Source of the DNA: Girardia tigrina
Taxonomy: Eukaryota
Length of the DNA: 58,586 bases
Direction: 5' to 3'
NCBI GenBank assembly: GCA_001938485.1
Contig: MQRK01249112.1
Span: 106,604-165,189, forward strand
Shown here: in pieces, positions 14,641 to 27,639 of the stretch
Position numbering within the stretch: position 1 is the first letter of the stretch
How the letters are laid out: every line of letters starts with the position of its first letter
Notes under the pieces: generated by a model
The model's input: only the letters and a program-made list of their open reading frames with translations
Database searches by the model: none
What the model was told of the DNA's origin: nothing
Made by a program: the position numbers and the translations under genes

Positions 14641-17200
14641 TGTTGCGGTCAGAGATTCATTAAATATACAGACAAAACATTTAAAAGATTTATAAAAGAA
14701 AGCAAACATAATTACAACATAATACATATATTCAAAGTTCATGACAGGAAAATATGATCAAATAGGAATCGTGTCTGGCGACCTGAACTACGGTAAACAC
14801 CATCAGCATCACCTTGCATCTCCTCACGGTCCAGCGAAACCCTGTCGTCGTTCTCCGTATCTTAAAAATCATATAGCTGAATTGAAACACAAAAGTTATG
14901 CCAAAACCCCCTTGATGGACGAAATTGATCAACTGACCCTCTCCGTCTAGATCTTGTTGATATCGATCCGTTTGTGAAACCCCTTTCGGAGTTGGACCAT
15001 CCTGTAAAAAGTTATCAACCTCTGAAGAATTAAAAATTAATAAATATTACAACAAGACCGTTACCGAGCCTTCCATTACTTGCAGACAACCATCTGACCC
15101 TCTCCTGAAGGTCTCAAGAAGAGTAATCACTTTGTGGACCTCGTGAAGAGATCAGCCCATTCCGTGCAAACTCCTGAAAACACAAAAGAAATTAATTAAA
15201 TATGACAAATTAATAAACAAACCCGTGGTGACTCAAAAACAGACAAATACTTTCATGAATAATCAAGTCATTTCAATTTTCGCTATCAGTGTTAACCCCA
15301 ACAAACTCGGAGGCCGCGAATCATAATATGACAAGCGAAATATACACAGGACATCAGCAAACCGACAATAATAAACTCTGTTATTAATACTACAAGCATT
15401 TTTCATACAAAACCTACCTAATTCGAACATAGTTTCAAAACGCGATCCAAATATTACAATTTTCAAACGACAATTTTGATTTCAAAGCACCAATTCGATC
15501 TCAAGACCACCCGTAGTTACCAACGCAATCTTCGAACGTGTTATAAAAACATGAAAGCTTGCCGTACAACGAGCGTAATCAGACGAGACGAAGACCAGAA
15601 CTAGTTAACGATCACGATACAATCGGATACCTAGTCTATTACGACAGAACTTTGAGCATCACCGAGTTAATCCAAAGATAATTTTTGTTGTTTATATGCT
15701 TTTCTTATTATTCTATTATGTATAATTATTTTACGTCTAATATATTATATTCATTGAATTTACCGTCATTTTTCTTTCGTTTATAATATTTTTTTATAGT
15801 TGGAGTTTAATTTCATTCCCTCAAACTAGTACGTTCCGTCGTTCCCCTTGCTCGTCCTCCCGAATTGATTTGACAGTTATGAATTGGCCTGAAAAATGTT
15901 TTTCAATTAATTATGTTGATTAAAAGATCTGAGTAGCGTATGATATGTGAGCAGATAAGTCCAACGTGCCCGAATGAGAGTCGAATCCATGTGGAAGTTT
16001 CCTTGCGTTATTCACCAGACGACTGTCGATCGTTAAAGTTATCAGTGTGGAATCCTCTTCATTCAATATCTACTGCGAGAAGGCAAAATCGTACGAACAG
16101 CATAAGCGAATATTCAGAACAAATCCTTGAATTAATTTATGACAGACAGAATATGGTTAATCGTGCTGTCAGTACGAAGGCGGAAGGGAATGCTTTTTAT
16201 GAGTGATCATTATGTAATCAATAATATTCGGCTCTGAATTACATTAATGGTGTTATTTTAACCCCGTCATTCGCTTAATATTACGATTACATTTATTCTT
16301 TTCAGTGATATTCTATTTAAATTATTTTGGTGGAAGTTCGATTTTATTTCATCAAAAGTATAATTCGTTGTAATTCTATTAAAGGTCGACACGTACTATC
16401 AGAAGTCGGTCATTCTTATTAGCAACCCTAACGAGCAAATTAAACATATTTGTCAAACAACAACAATGCGGTTATTTAAATAATGCTTGTATAAGAATAT
16501 ACACTAACATTTAAATATTTGATATAAATAACGTAGAATTTTGACAATGAATTTCAGAAATCCCTTGTAAATAGATTTGGGCTTCCGAACGACATTCAAA
16601 GAGTATACGATCATCCCCGAATGGTACGGAGCCGGTTGGGAGGTCATAACCTGTCCTGACCTATTTGAATCCGAAGGCGCTCCAGACCCAGCACTACATT
16701 ATAGATGTTGAAAGAGGGAGGCGCATCCGGTCGGTCGACATAGTTAGTTAGCCCCCAGTGGCCGTTAAGGGTCACCACGACCCAATTATTTTCGATTTAG
16801 TGTATTTTAGGAGTCGGACGCACCTCCCTCGTCTGCCATTTAACGAGTAGTGACAGGTATGGAGTGCCTTTAGGTTCTGTGAAGTTGGGAAAGGACTATA
16901 GCCCCCCCCTGAACTAGATGAGCGTTGCTCGGAGATGAATATTTGTTTTTCTGATTAATTTTATATTTGGTACTACTCTCTGCATACCTCGCTTATGCTT
17001 CGGTTAAGTCTATGTACGATGGTTCTCTTGAGGTGATGTTCCCCACGCACCCTGTTTGTGTTTGATACTGATATGTTCTATTAACTTGTGTTTCGATCAG
17101 ATGTTTCTGGAATAAGTATCAAAGTGATATTAATAGTTACTCGAATAAACACCCAAAATTAGCTCGCTTATAGAGTTTATAATTAATATACTGTGGTGGG
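14641..17200. repeat. Large LTR-like or terminal repeat sequence beginning TGTTGCGGTC
   Basis: TG start. Patches of similarity to the reverse complement of 21950-22431. The inner boundary is uncertain. Confidence 0.4.
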
Positions 17201-17994
17201 ATTTCTATTATCTATTCTAAAAAAATCAAAGATTAAATTTTTAACTATTTCAAATTTTTAACTATTTCAACTGTTTTCAAACACTTGTTAGGTATTAGAA
17301 ATCTTTAATGTAATTATTTACTTTTTAAAACACAAATCTTAAATCTTTAATCGTAAATCTTTATTCCTCAATTTTTAATCTGAAACCTTTAATCTGTAAT
17401 CTTTAATCCGAAATCTTTAATCTGACTCCAATTAATCAGAAAAGACTTCCAACATAAATATATAGACAATGAACACAAATTCTTTTATGAAACTTTATTT
17501 CAAATTACAAAAATAAACAAGTCAAAAATAATAATAATAATTCAATTCTTGATGACAGAACACAAACACAAAACAATATTTCGTGCGAGTTAACAGATTA
17601 CAGTAAAAGCTGTGAATCTCCCAAAACGAACGATATTGTATTTTCTTAAAGTAAACCTTTTTCTCCCATACGGAATACTTTTGGTTTAACAAAAAAATAA
17701 TATTTTAAAAGAATAAAATAAAAATAAAATAAATTTTTGTATTCACGTTACTTGTTTCCTTTACCGAGAATTCTTGTTAGGCAATTTTTTCAGCAAATAT
17801 TTTTGGGCAAACTAAACTAAATTTGCTGCTGTTTATAGTAGTTTTCATCAGCCTTGAAAATTGATAAAATAAAACAAAGACTAAAATATTTATAATTTTT
17901 AATTCCAAGTTTTGTTAAACTAAATATTATTTTATTTGAAATTAATAATTTTACCAAAAGAATTATTTTAAAAATTTTTCTACATAAAATTTTA

Positions 17995-19812
17995 TCAAAA
18001 GTGTTGGGGTTCCAATATTTGAATATTAAAGATCAAAATAAAATTTTCAATTTCCATTTTACTTACTATTAAATCTTTTAAATCCTTAACCGTACTCTGT
18101 GGTGATAAATCTACCATAGTAACTTCTCTTCCGTAACTATTAATCAAAATTTCAAGTTTTTCAAATATTAAAATCTGTCTTAATTCTTTTCCAAGATTTT
18201 TCATCAATAACTTTATTTTATTTTTTGAATTGCCATTATCATGTAAATAATTTGATAACAATTTTAATAAATTTGCAGTTTTCTCTGTAGTAACTTCCAT
18301 TCCTGCAATCTTTGCTGCATAATTATATACTTTATTAGTATTTTCTTTATTTAAATCTATTTGATTTGATAAACGATTTATACTAATTCTAAGTTTATCC
18401 AATTTTAAATCGTCAATTTTTGAACAACTTTGTTTCTGTTTAATTTCTTCAACATTTAACTGATCTGATTTTCTTTTACTATTCTTATATCTCAAACCAT
18501 TAACCATAGATGTTTTATTAGACGTTTCATCTACTCTAGCAGATAATCTGTCAAATTGAGTTTTTAACTCATCAAATTCATATTTTATAGCATTAGTACT
18601 ATCATCATCTGAAGATACACAGCCAACATCGACAGGTTTATCCTGGAATTTAATTTGTTTCTTTAAAATTGATGGTGATGATTGTTTTATATTGTATCTA
18701 CAAGATCTTGTAACATGTCCGTATTTTTTGCACTTTTTACATTGAATTTTGCCTTATAAATTTACTTTGTCACGTTGCTGTGACGGTGTTAACGATCTCG
18801 TTTTAAATCGACAAACATTTGATGTATGACCTTGTTTACCACAATTGAAGCAAGTTTTAGTAATTGGTGGATTTGATTGTTGTTTAAACCAACATTGACT
18901 ACTAAGATGACCAACTTTGTTGCAATTATAGCATCTTGGAATTCTTTGGTCAAATTTTTTTTGGTCATTTCTAAATCTTGGGCGATCAATTTGTTGTAAA
19001 TTGTTTGATCTGGTAAACTTAGGACTTCTATTTCCGTTATGTTTGTTGTTATTCTGGAAGTATTGATTTCTTGTCCTTCTTTCATCTGGTTGTTGGGATC
19101 TTTGTATTCTAGGAGAAACATAACCATCACTTTCATCTTCATACTCACTTCTTTTTATAATTGATTTAGGCGAACGTTCAAACGATTTCATTTTAGTCGT
19201 GAAAACTGGGCGAGCTTGACCAATGTTTAAATTCATTTCAATTTTCATAGCTTTTTTCACTAATTCATCAAAATTTTCATATTCAACCAGACTCAATGCT
19301 GCTTTTAAGTGATTTTGAATTCCAGACCAAAATTGATCCTCTACAAGTTTATTTGTTTGTTCCGACCACTTTTTCTTTTCGCCAAAAGCTTTTTCTGCTA
19401 GCGTAGATAGATGAAAAGCGAATTCACTAACTGATTCATTACTATTTTGCACTCTTGAATAGAATTTCTTTCGTAAAATTCGTTCGATATCTCCACTGAT
19501 TAATTTTTCAGCAAAGTCATCCTTTAATCTTGACCACTCAACCACTGTACGTTTATCAATTTGATTAAAAGCTTCACGAGCTGCACCTTTCAGATACAAA
19601 GGTAATCTTTGAATCATTATTTTGTCTGACCAGCCACAGGCCGATGCGTACATATAGTAATCAGTCATATAATCAACAAAATCGACTGGATCTCCTCCAT
19701 ATTGATTAACGGGTAATCTCTGGAAGCTTGCCAAATCGTTATTTACTTCTCTATTTTCTTCAATCATGATTTTATTTCCAAGTTTTTTATTCCTCAAATA
19801 ATATCTCGACAC
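17995..19812 (-). pseudogene. gag: Gag (capsid, 3 CCHC knuckles, coiled coil, C-terminal ubiquitin-like segment) with one in-frame TAA at 18754-18756
   Basis: LPLYLKGAAREAF..W..LK..F..., RVQNSNESVSEFA; knuckles CYNCNKVGHLSSQC and CFNCGKQGHTSNVC. Past the TAA the same frame gives CKKCKKYGHVTRSC and continues into the 17995-18507 ORF. Confidence 0.85.
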
Positions 19813-19958
19813 TTTTAAATATTTTCTTTAACACAATTTAATATTTTCTTCAATAATTCGACCAATACTCGACAAAATAATCTTTGATATATTTATCGTA
19901 AATAATCTTCACAATGATTGTGCTTCAATAGCTTCAGAAATATATTTTGAATTAAATA

Positions 19959-19971
19959 GTCGGGCTCACCA
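19959..19971 (-). promoter_or_regulatory. Primer-binding site (tRNA-Trp-like)
   Basis: TGGTGAGCCCGAC lies immediately inside the 5' LTR and differs by one base from the canonical Trp PBS TGGTGACCCCGAC. Confidence 0.6.
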
Positions 19972-20330
19972 AATATATTATGTTGGGTATTACAATTAAA
20001 TCTCGTTTTTATCTTTGTTTATATTAAACTAATAATCTGACTCCAAATCGACCAAAAGGTTTCTTCCAACAATAATATATAAAGAATGAACACAATTCAT
20101 TTTAATAAACTTTATTTGCAAATGACAACTTGAGCACAAACTGAAATCGAAAATTTATCGCCAAATCAAATGTTTGAAGCACATTCAATCAACACAAATC
20201 AATATCAATTTTGAACGAGCAATATCTTAAGTTTAAAATAACAATCTTTCTCCCTTACTGGATACTCGATTTGTAATTATAATTAAAATAAAAAGATTAC
20301 CGCAATTCATTATGAACATAAAACTTTAAT

Positions 20331-20918
20331 GGATTCTAGGACTGTTCATCCCGGACGGTTCATCCCCGGACGTTTCATCTAAGCGAACGGTTCATCCCCG
20401 GACTGTTCATCCAATTGATTAACTTAAACTTAATAATATAATCATAATTTGGCCTGGCCTATATGACTAATTCGACAAAGCGACTTGGCATCAGTGAAGC
20501 GTGAGTTTGAAAATTTTATTGTGAGGGACTTATGTGAAAAGCTCATCCCATCAAATTTTTGAATAAATAATTTTTATAGATAATATTTGAAATAAGTAAA
20601 TATTTAAAATCAAGTTGTCTAATTATTTATAATTTAAAAATATATCGTAATTAATTTTAAAAAGTTAGTTTCGAGAATAATCAAATTTTATTTGAAGAGT
20701 AAAAAAAAACTTAAATTAAATTAATTGGGAAATAATGAATTTTAAATAATTGATTAGGACTGTATATATATATATAATATGGTTCATCCCCGGACGTTTC
20801 ATCTAACGTTTCATCCCCGGGATGAACAGTCCGGGGATGAACCGTCCGCCTAGATGAAACGTCCGGGGATGAACCGTCCGCTTAGATGAAACGTCCGGGG
20901 ATGAACAGTCCGGATACC
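20331..20918. mobile_element. Non-autonomous foldback/Mutator(Phantom)-like element with tandemly repeated TIRs
   Basis: Left arrays of GGAC(T/G)GTTCATCCCC are mirrored by right arrays of GGGGATGAAC(A/C)GTCC around an AT-rich core. The superfamily assignment is tentative. Confidence 0.7.
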
Positions 20919-20929
20919 GAATTTTATAG

Positions 20930-22431
20930 ATATTAATCATTGAATTAACAAGTCGTTAGAACATTTATTTAATCTCAACCAATCGTATAACCGTTCCTTT
21001 CTTACTCTATTTGTATTAAACATTTCTCGACTAATACGTGTTACAAATATCAGTGTCGACTTCAGTTCTTAACGATAATGATTTCTCCTAAAATGGATAT
21101 GATTTCTCCTAACTGATCCGGCCATCATACTATTAAAACGGTTAATTGATTCCCTCGCTGCTCGGATGAGGAAAAACCTTTTATCACATGACGGGACGGC
21201 GTATATATTTTGATCGACCCCTCTCGGCGATCTGCCTGATAATGGGTGACCTGTCTTGATAACATATTCTAACGGATTCTGCTACTGAGGACGAAGACCG
21301 ACGACGATTAATTTAAAGGCACGAGACTAATCAGCTAAGCGCGGAAACGTACCAGTCTAAATTCGAGACTATTTATGTAAATATGTTAATGAAATAAATA
21401 TAACAAATTATGATAAATATAAATATTCAATAGGTAAAATAAAACGTAGTACAATATTTACATCGATTTTAATATTTTTGGTCAGGAGGAAAGTCGTCTA
21501 TCTCGTAAACTACAGATTCGCAAATGTGTATTTATTCTCGTAAATTCGTCGATTCGACTGCTGGTTCAAGATTGCTGATGATTAATTGTTCGTCCTGCAG
21601 CGTTGTTGTATAGTTTGAATTCACTCTGTTGCTTCGATTAAATTCAAATTCTGATCGATTTAATTTCAGTTCAGTTTTTGCTTTTTGGTTCAAAACGTTC
21701 AAAATTGTTTTTCCAATTTTTGTGTCAAAATTTTCTGAGTGCTGCTGTATTTATAGCAGAACGTTTTTTGATTCCTGGGTATGCGTGTCCTGTTGGCATC
21801 TTTTGATTCGTCGTATGGTATTTTCTATGACTCTTACTGGCTGCTGGTGTTGATGTCTGCAACTATTACCTCTTTGGACTAATCGGGGTTTGCCAGCATT
21901 CTGTTATTGAAAATCTGCTGATATTCTGAGTCACGATGATTCATGATTATTCATGAAATCGTCAACAAATTTTTACTCATTGTAAGTTCATTAATTAACT
22001 TCTATTATTTTAATTAATTTTCCTCAATCTTTAAGGGTTCACAACTCTGCTCCGGGTACTCAGAATTCGACGGACGGGCATCCACGGGGAGCTTTCGCCA
22101 CACTCTGTCTGGAGAGGGGCGGATGAGCTGATCAACTTCTCGGTATGTTCTGGAGACCGTTTTATGATGTTTTTATTAATTTTTCTGTAATCTTTAGAGT
22201 TCACGAAGCATTCAATCGGGCAAACTGGACGAGGGAAGCCTTCTGACTAGGAGAACTTAATGTTTCTGACTATATGGGTTGTCATACTGCTTAAAAGAAA
22301 TGTATTAAATGTGTTGTTTATTTCGTTATTGATAATAGTTCTTTTTTTGTTAGTTGTGGTATAATTTATACCGATTTTTAACTTATTAAATTGTCGAAGT
22401 AACTAATACTTATGGACTACCGACCGCAACA
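20930..22431. repeat. Large LTR-like or terminal repeat ending GACCGCAACA, an inverted relative of the 14641 end
   Basis: The terminal 10 bp are the exact reverse complement of 14641-14650, with internal homologous patches. Confidence 0.4.
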
Positions 22432-22880
22432 TAATACTTTTACAGATAAATATTTTATCAGTAATTAATATGTAGCAATATGTCAGATAATAATGCAAAA
22501 TTGAACAATATCGTGAAAAAAGACCAGTAATTCATAATTACTGATATTTTGTTCAATTCAAATCAAATGATTATCTGAATTACCACCACAAACAAATGTT
22601 TTTGACTAAAATGCTGTAAATAGGATTTTACCTCCTCTGAAAAATAATAAGACTTCAGAAGTTCAATCATGAATGAAAAACTTGCTGAATTATTTTTTTT
22701 ATGTTCTTTGATGACCATATATGATTCATTATCAAGATTTTGGATTCACGACAGTAAAATATTGCTAAAATACTGCTTTATCACAGATATTGATACGCTT
22801 TACTAAACTAATATTCTCCTGAATATAAATTCATTGCGAAAGTAAGGCCCTTCATAATTTACATCTGGTTTCGTAATGTA

Positions 22881-24197
22881 CAGTCGTGGCCATAATTCAC
22901 CGGACACCCTTGCATTTTAAAGAAAATTAATATCTACGTGCATGTGTGTAAGTGCATGTAAATAATTGTAGTTAACCAACATTCTATAAGAATACAGTTT
23001 TAGTAGCATACCCACTATGATATAATGATATATAAAAGTATTTGTCTCAAGTATTTGTGACTATTCCTACATAACTGGCAACCACCTTTTACCCCATCTG
23101 AGGGCACTAATCGTCGCTTTACACGAAACTGGAGTCTCGAACCGTGCAATTGCCTGCGATTCAATATTAGTCACGCTGCAGTAGCCAACACTCTCCGTCT
23201 TCATCGAGCCACCGGCGCCGCGTATCACAAGCAAGGTGACAGATCGAGAAATTTTGAGATCCTGCAAGACCAATCCATTTGCTGGCTCCCGCGCAATACA
23301 AGCTGATTTTCCAGCTAACATTGATAAATTGCCTTGCGCACGAACCATTCGTCGACGTCTGGTTGAAGGACGTTTTCGATCGTACAAGCCTGCAAAAAAA
23401 CCGCGTTTATCATCGAAGAATATTCGTGATAGACTCGCGTTTGCAAAAGCTTACCAATATTGGACAGTGGATCAATGGCGTTCGGTGTTGTTCAGTGATG
23501 AAACCGCAATCTGTCAGCAAGGCACATGGATCCGCACGGTGCTTCGGCCGCCTGGTCACCGCTTTAGACCACAGTACACTGTTTCCACTGTGCAGAGTGC
23601 ACCGAAAGTTATGATTTGGGGCGCAATTGCTGTCAGAGGTCGCTGCAGTCCTCCGTTATGTCCCGAGAGAACTACTATCACATCGCCTGTGTACAACGGC
23701 ATTCTTCGCGATAAGGTCCAACACTTCCTTCAAATGAGTCAGTGCAATTATTTCCAACATGGTGTGGCTCCATGCCATCAATCTTGACTAAAAGAAGCCT
23801 GGTTAGAGCAAACTAGATCAAAGTTCTGGGTCCATGGCCTGGCAACTCACCTGATTTATCGCCGATTGAAAGTTGTTTGAGAATAGTGACAGAAAAGGTT
23901 GCTAAGCATGCGACCACATCACATGATGATATACTTAAACGTGTTTGGCTACAGGAGATCAGACCCGAACTCCCTGACAATCTAATCGCGTCAATGCCCC
24001 ACCGATTGGCAGGATTGATTAATACAAAAGGTGGCCATACAAAGTACTAGTGGAAGAGTGTTTGAACTGTGCATCCATGTCTGTATTCTTCTTATAGTTT
24101 TTATGTACTGAATATATCCTTAATACTTCGTTACAATATCAGTTAGTCAAATGTCTCAGTATTTTTAGTGATGGCTGATGAATTATGGCCACGACTG
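22881..24197 (+). mobile_element. Full-length degenerate Tc1 (DD34E) transposon
   Basis: TIRs CAGTCGTGGCCATAATTCA / TGAATTATGGCCACGACTG with a left TA. Transposase motifs: ARTIRRRL, KKPRLS, WRSVLFSDE, KVMIWG, WPGNSPDLSPIE. Confidence 0.9.
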
Positions 24198-24551
24198 TTT
24201 TTATTTTTCATACATTTTCACACGTATCATTAACATATAAAGAACAAAATATTACAAAAAAGTCAATATATATTTATTTTAGAAAAATTTACGATAAAAA
24301 CTGCATCAGATTATAATTTTAATTACGATAAAATTTTATTTAATTAAAGTAACAAAATAATAATAAAACTCTAAAAAATGTCATTTCACCAATTTCACAC
24401 AATCTCAAATTATGTTTGCGTTGTTTTAATACGTGTAGCTTTAATTATCTTCGCGAACGATTTGATTCAATTGACATTTAAATGCTCGAATATCCATATT
24501 CTGTTATCTCGTTATACAGTTGAAAATAAATCGTTTCTCGATTGCCGACGA

Positions 24552-24641
24552 ATGTCTTGTGATGCCGAGTTACAGGAACTGATGGTCCAAGTCGACAGAA
24601 TGGTCGAAGAAAAGAAAATCGAGTGGCAAGAAAAAATCAAA
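24552..24641 (+). CDS. CEP63: CEP63/DEUP1-family centriolar coiled-coil protein, coding exon 1
   Basis: MSCDAELQELMVQVDRMVEEKKIEWQEKIK matches the conserved CEP63/DEUP1 N-terminal SCEAELQELMKQIDIMV..KK.EW motif (recalled from vertebrate sequences). GT donor at 24642, phase 0. Confidence 0.85.
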
Positions 24642-25007
24642 GTGATTATTTATTTCTCAGTAGAAAATAATGTGACGAGCGATTTTTTAAACGACTTCCG
24701 ATTCGCCACTCCCCCACAAAAATTTATAATTCATAATTAATTGAACTAATAAATAATTACATAAATTATTAGCTAAATAAATAATTAATTTAATAACTTA
24801 TCAAATAAATCAATTAAATAAATTACTAATAAATGGAATGAATAAGTAAATTATTACTTAATTGAATTATTAAAAAATAAATAATAAATAAAATAAATAG
24901 TTAAATAATAAGTATAGTAATAAATAAATAATTAAATAAATCAATTCATAATTAATTAAATAAATAATTAAAAATAAAAAAATTTAAGCTATTAATTATG
25001 AATTATA

Positions 25008-25900
25008 TTAGGGGTACCCAAATGTTATGTCGTTTTTTATTGATTTTTAGAAACAAAAATAAAACCATATAAAACATTTATTTAATCAGAAAAATAGTCC
25101 CCATCGCAATCGATGACNNNNNNNNNNNNNNNNNNNNNNNNNNNNNNNNNNNNNNNNNNNNNNNNNNNNNNNNNNNNNNNNNNNNNNNNNNNNNNNNNNN
25201 NNNNNNNNNNNNNNNNNNNNNNNNNNNNNNNNNNNNNNNNNNNNNNNNNNNNNNNNNNNNNNNNNNNNNNNNNNNNNNNNNNNNNNNNNNNNNNNNNNNN
25301 NNNNNNNNNNNNNNNNNNNNNNNNNNNNNNNNNNNNNNNNNNNNNNNNNNNNNNNNNNNNNNNNNNNNNNNNNNNNNNNNNNNNNNNNNNNNNNNNNNNN
25401 NNNNNNNNNNNNNNNNNNNNNNNNNNNNNNNNNNNNNNNNNNNNNNNNNNNNNNNNNNNNNNNNNNNNNNNNNNNNNNNNNNNNNNNNNNNNNNNNNNNN
25501 NNNNNNNNNNNNNNNNNNNNNNNNNNTGCACAAAAGAACTTTTTTCCCATGGAGATTAGGCTTAGGTGTGTGTGTAGGGGATGCACCTACTGATAACCAT
25601 TGTTTTTTCATACAGGGATTCTCATAGAGAACCCATTTCTCATCTGTGACAATTCGATGCAGGAATGGGTCTGTGAGGTTCCGATTTAAAAGAATTCCGC
25701 AAATCGATGATCGTTGAGATTTGTTAACATTGGTGAGTTTGTGGGGAACCCATTTTCCCGCTNNNNNNNNNNNNNNNNNNNNNNNNNNNNNACGCTGAAC
25801 TGTAGACCAGGTAGCTCCCAATCTGCACGATATTTCCTCAATGGATTGAGTTGGATCCTCCTCCACTATAGCCAATAATTGTTTCTCATCGAAATGTGAC
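25008..25900 (-). mobile_element. Mariner element, partial and gapped
   Basis: GKWVPHKL, DEKWVLYEN and KKVLLC motifs; C-terminal VIDCDGDYF; terminal TA-TTAGGGG. Confidence 0.85.
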
Positions 25901-27639
25901 GGTCGGCCATTATATATTTGTGGGATGAAGATCGGAAGTCGTTCCTCGATAATTCACGATTTGGGTGTACTTCCGTGGCGGCCGAAGCAAAATTAAAAAT
26001 ACTTCATTAATATAGTATTATAAGTCTACAAGGAAAAATATTTTGAAAATTTTAAAAAGTTTACTTAAACTTTTTTTCAAGTAGCCTAATCATAAGCAAA
26101 TATATATACATTGGCTTGCAATTAAATGCTGATAAATGCAAATATACTTTCCTATTTCCTTAATCTGCATTCGATTTTAAAGATTTATTTTATTGTCGGC
26201 CGAACTCGATATTCCTCAAATATCCATTGTACGACTGTTTTTGTCCAATCCGTCTCCACTTTCCAATCACGATTTTTGGCCCTGAAGAGGACCGTATTTC
26301 TTTCGCAATTATTGGAACCACTTGAGGAACCATCGATGAAATAATCTGGTTGAAACAATTTCCCAATGTTCGAATTCAGTACATAATCGAGAGTGGTACT
26401 ATTCAATTCAACCATGACACTGATCGGCACACATTTTCCATGGATCCCAAAAGTAAAGTAAACGTAAATTCTACGTAATTGCAAATCACGGTCACTTTCG
26501 TAAACACCAGTGGTCGGTTTAACAATGTGTTCGATGATGGTTATTTTCCAAAACTTTGAAATATTCTCATCAATTCATTTTTAGTAGGAGCTGGAATTTC
26601 ATCAGTTTCTTTGATATACAATCTCCGATCGGGAATTTTTACATGATTATCTTCAAATGTCTTCATAAAATAATCCATAATCAGAATGAATAATTTTCTT
26701 TGATAATTAAATATATTTAATATTTTTCTCTAATAATTAAAAAAATCAATATTACTATAAAACTTTATTTAGCTATCAAAACTCACAATAAATAATTCGT
26801 TTAAACAAAACGAATTTTTGGCAATAAATTTTCTAACTCTAACTCTACATATTTACATATATATATATATATATATAAGGGATAAAAACAAGACGACGCG
26901 TTTCGAGATAATAAAAATCCCATCATCAGGTCACAAAATGTACCAAGCAGGTACACTATATGGAAACATGCCGAAAATAAATAAAATTTATCCAATAAAT
27001 TATTGGATGAAAATAACTTTATTTCACTTTTCCTCAAAATTAAGAAAAATGCACTAAATGCAATCAATCTCATTCTCGCAATCCAACCATTGGCAGCTAT
27101 CAATTGCCATTTGAGAAAACGATATGTTTTCTCTATCGTCCCGTACTTTACAAGGTAACGGAGACATATGATAAAGATGACAACTAACAGCACACCAAAA
27201 GNNNNNNNNNNNNNNNNNNNNNNNNNNNNNNNNNNNNNNNNNNNNNNNNNNNNNNNNNNNNNNNNNNNNNNNNNNNNNNNNNNNNNNNNNNNNNNNNNNN
27301 NNNNAATGTCTGACCAAATGGAAATCTGAGAGAACGTTGTGTTCTCTCAACTGTACCAGGTTTGACACTGGTGACACTCAGTATAATAACACATTTGATC
27401 AATGCAAAACAATCGCACACCGACAAAATACATTTTGTTTTGAATTCCTTCGTTCTTTCCAAGTTGTTCAAAAAATATTTGATTTTAACGTCAGAATATA
27501 TACATTGTAAGGTAAAATCTATATAATAGGGATAAAAACAAGACGACGCGTATTTTGTGTATTTGTCGGTGTTTTTTTTTAATTCATTCTGAAACAATGA
27601 CACCTTCACGCTCTTGGCAAGGTCAATAGACGATGTCGA

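Larger units (their letters stand above)
17286..20280 (-). mobile_element. Non-autonomous (pol-less) Ty3/Gypsy-like LTR retroelement
   Basis: Diverged direct repeats at about 17286-17690 and 19975-20280 share AATCTGACTCCAA..CTTCCAACA..ATGAACACAA..AAACTTTATTT and TTTCTCCC(A/T)TAC. A PBS and a gag ORF lie between them. Confidence 0.7.

Noticed and set aside
20331-20918. CRISPR-like appearance of repeated GTTCATCCCCGG units
   Set aside because: There are no unique spacers, the arrays are mirrored as TIRs, and the context is eukaryotic: this is a DNA-transposon end structure.
26872-27550. Direct repeat GGGATAAAAACAAGACGACGCG at about 26878 and 27529
   Set aside because: Probably ends of a small repeat family (Helitron-like), but too little evidence to classify, with a gap in between.
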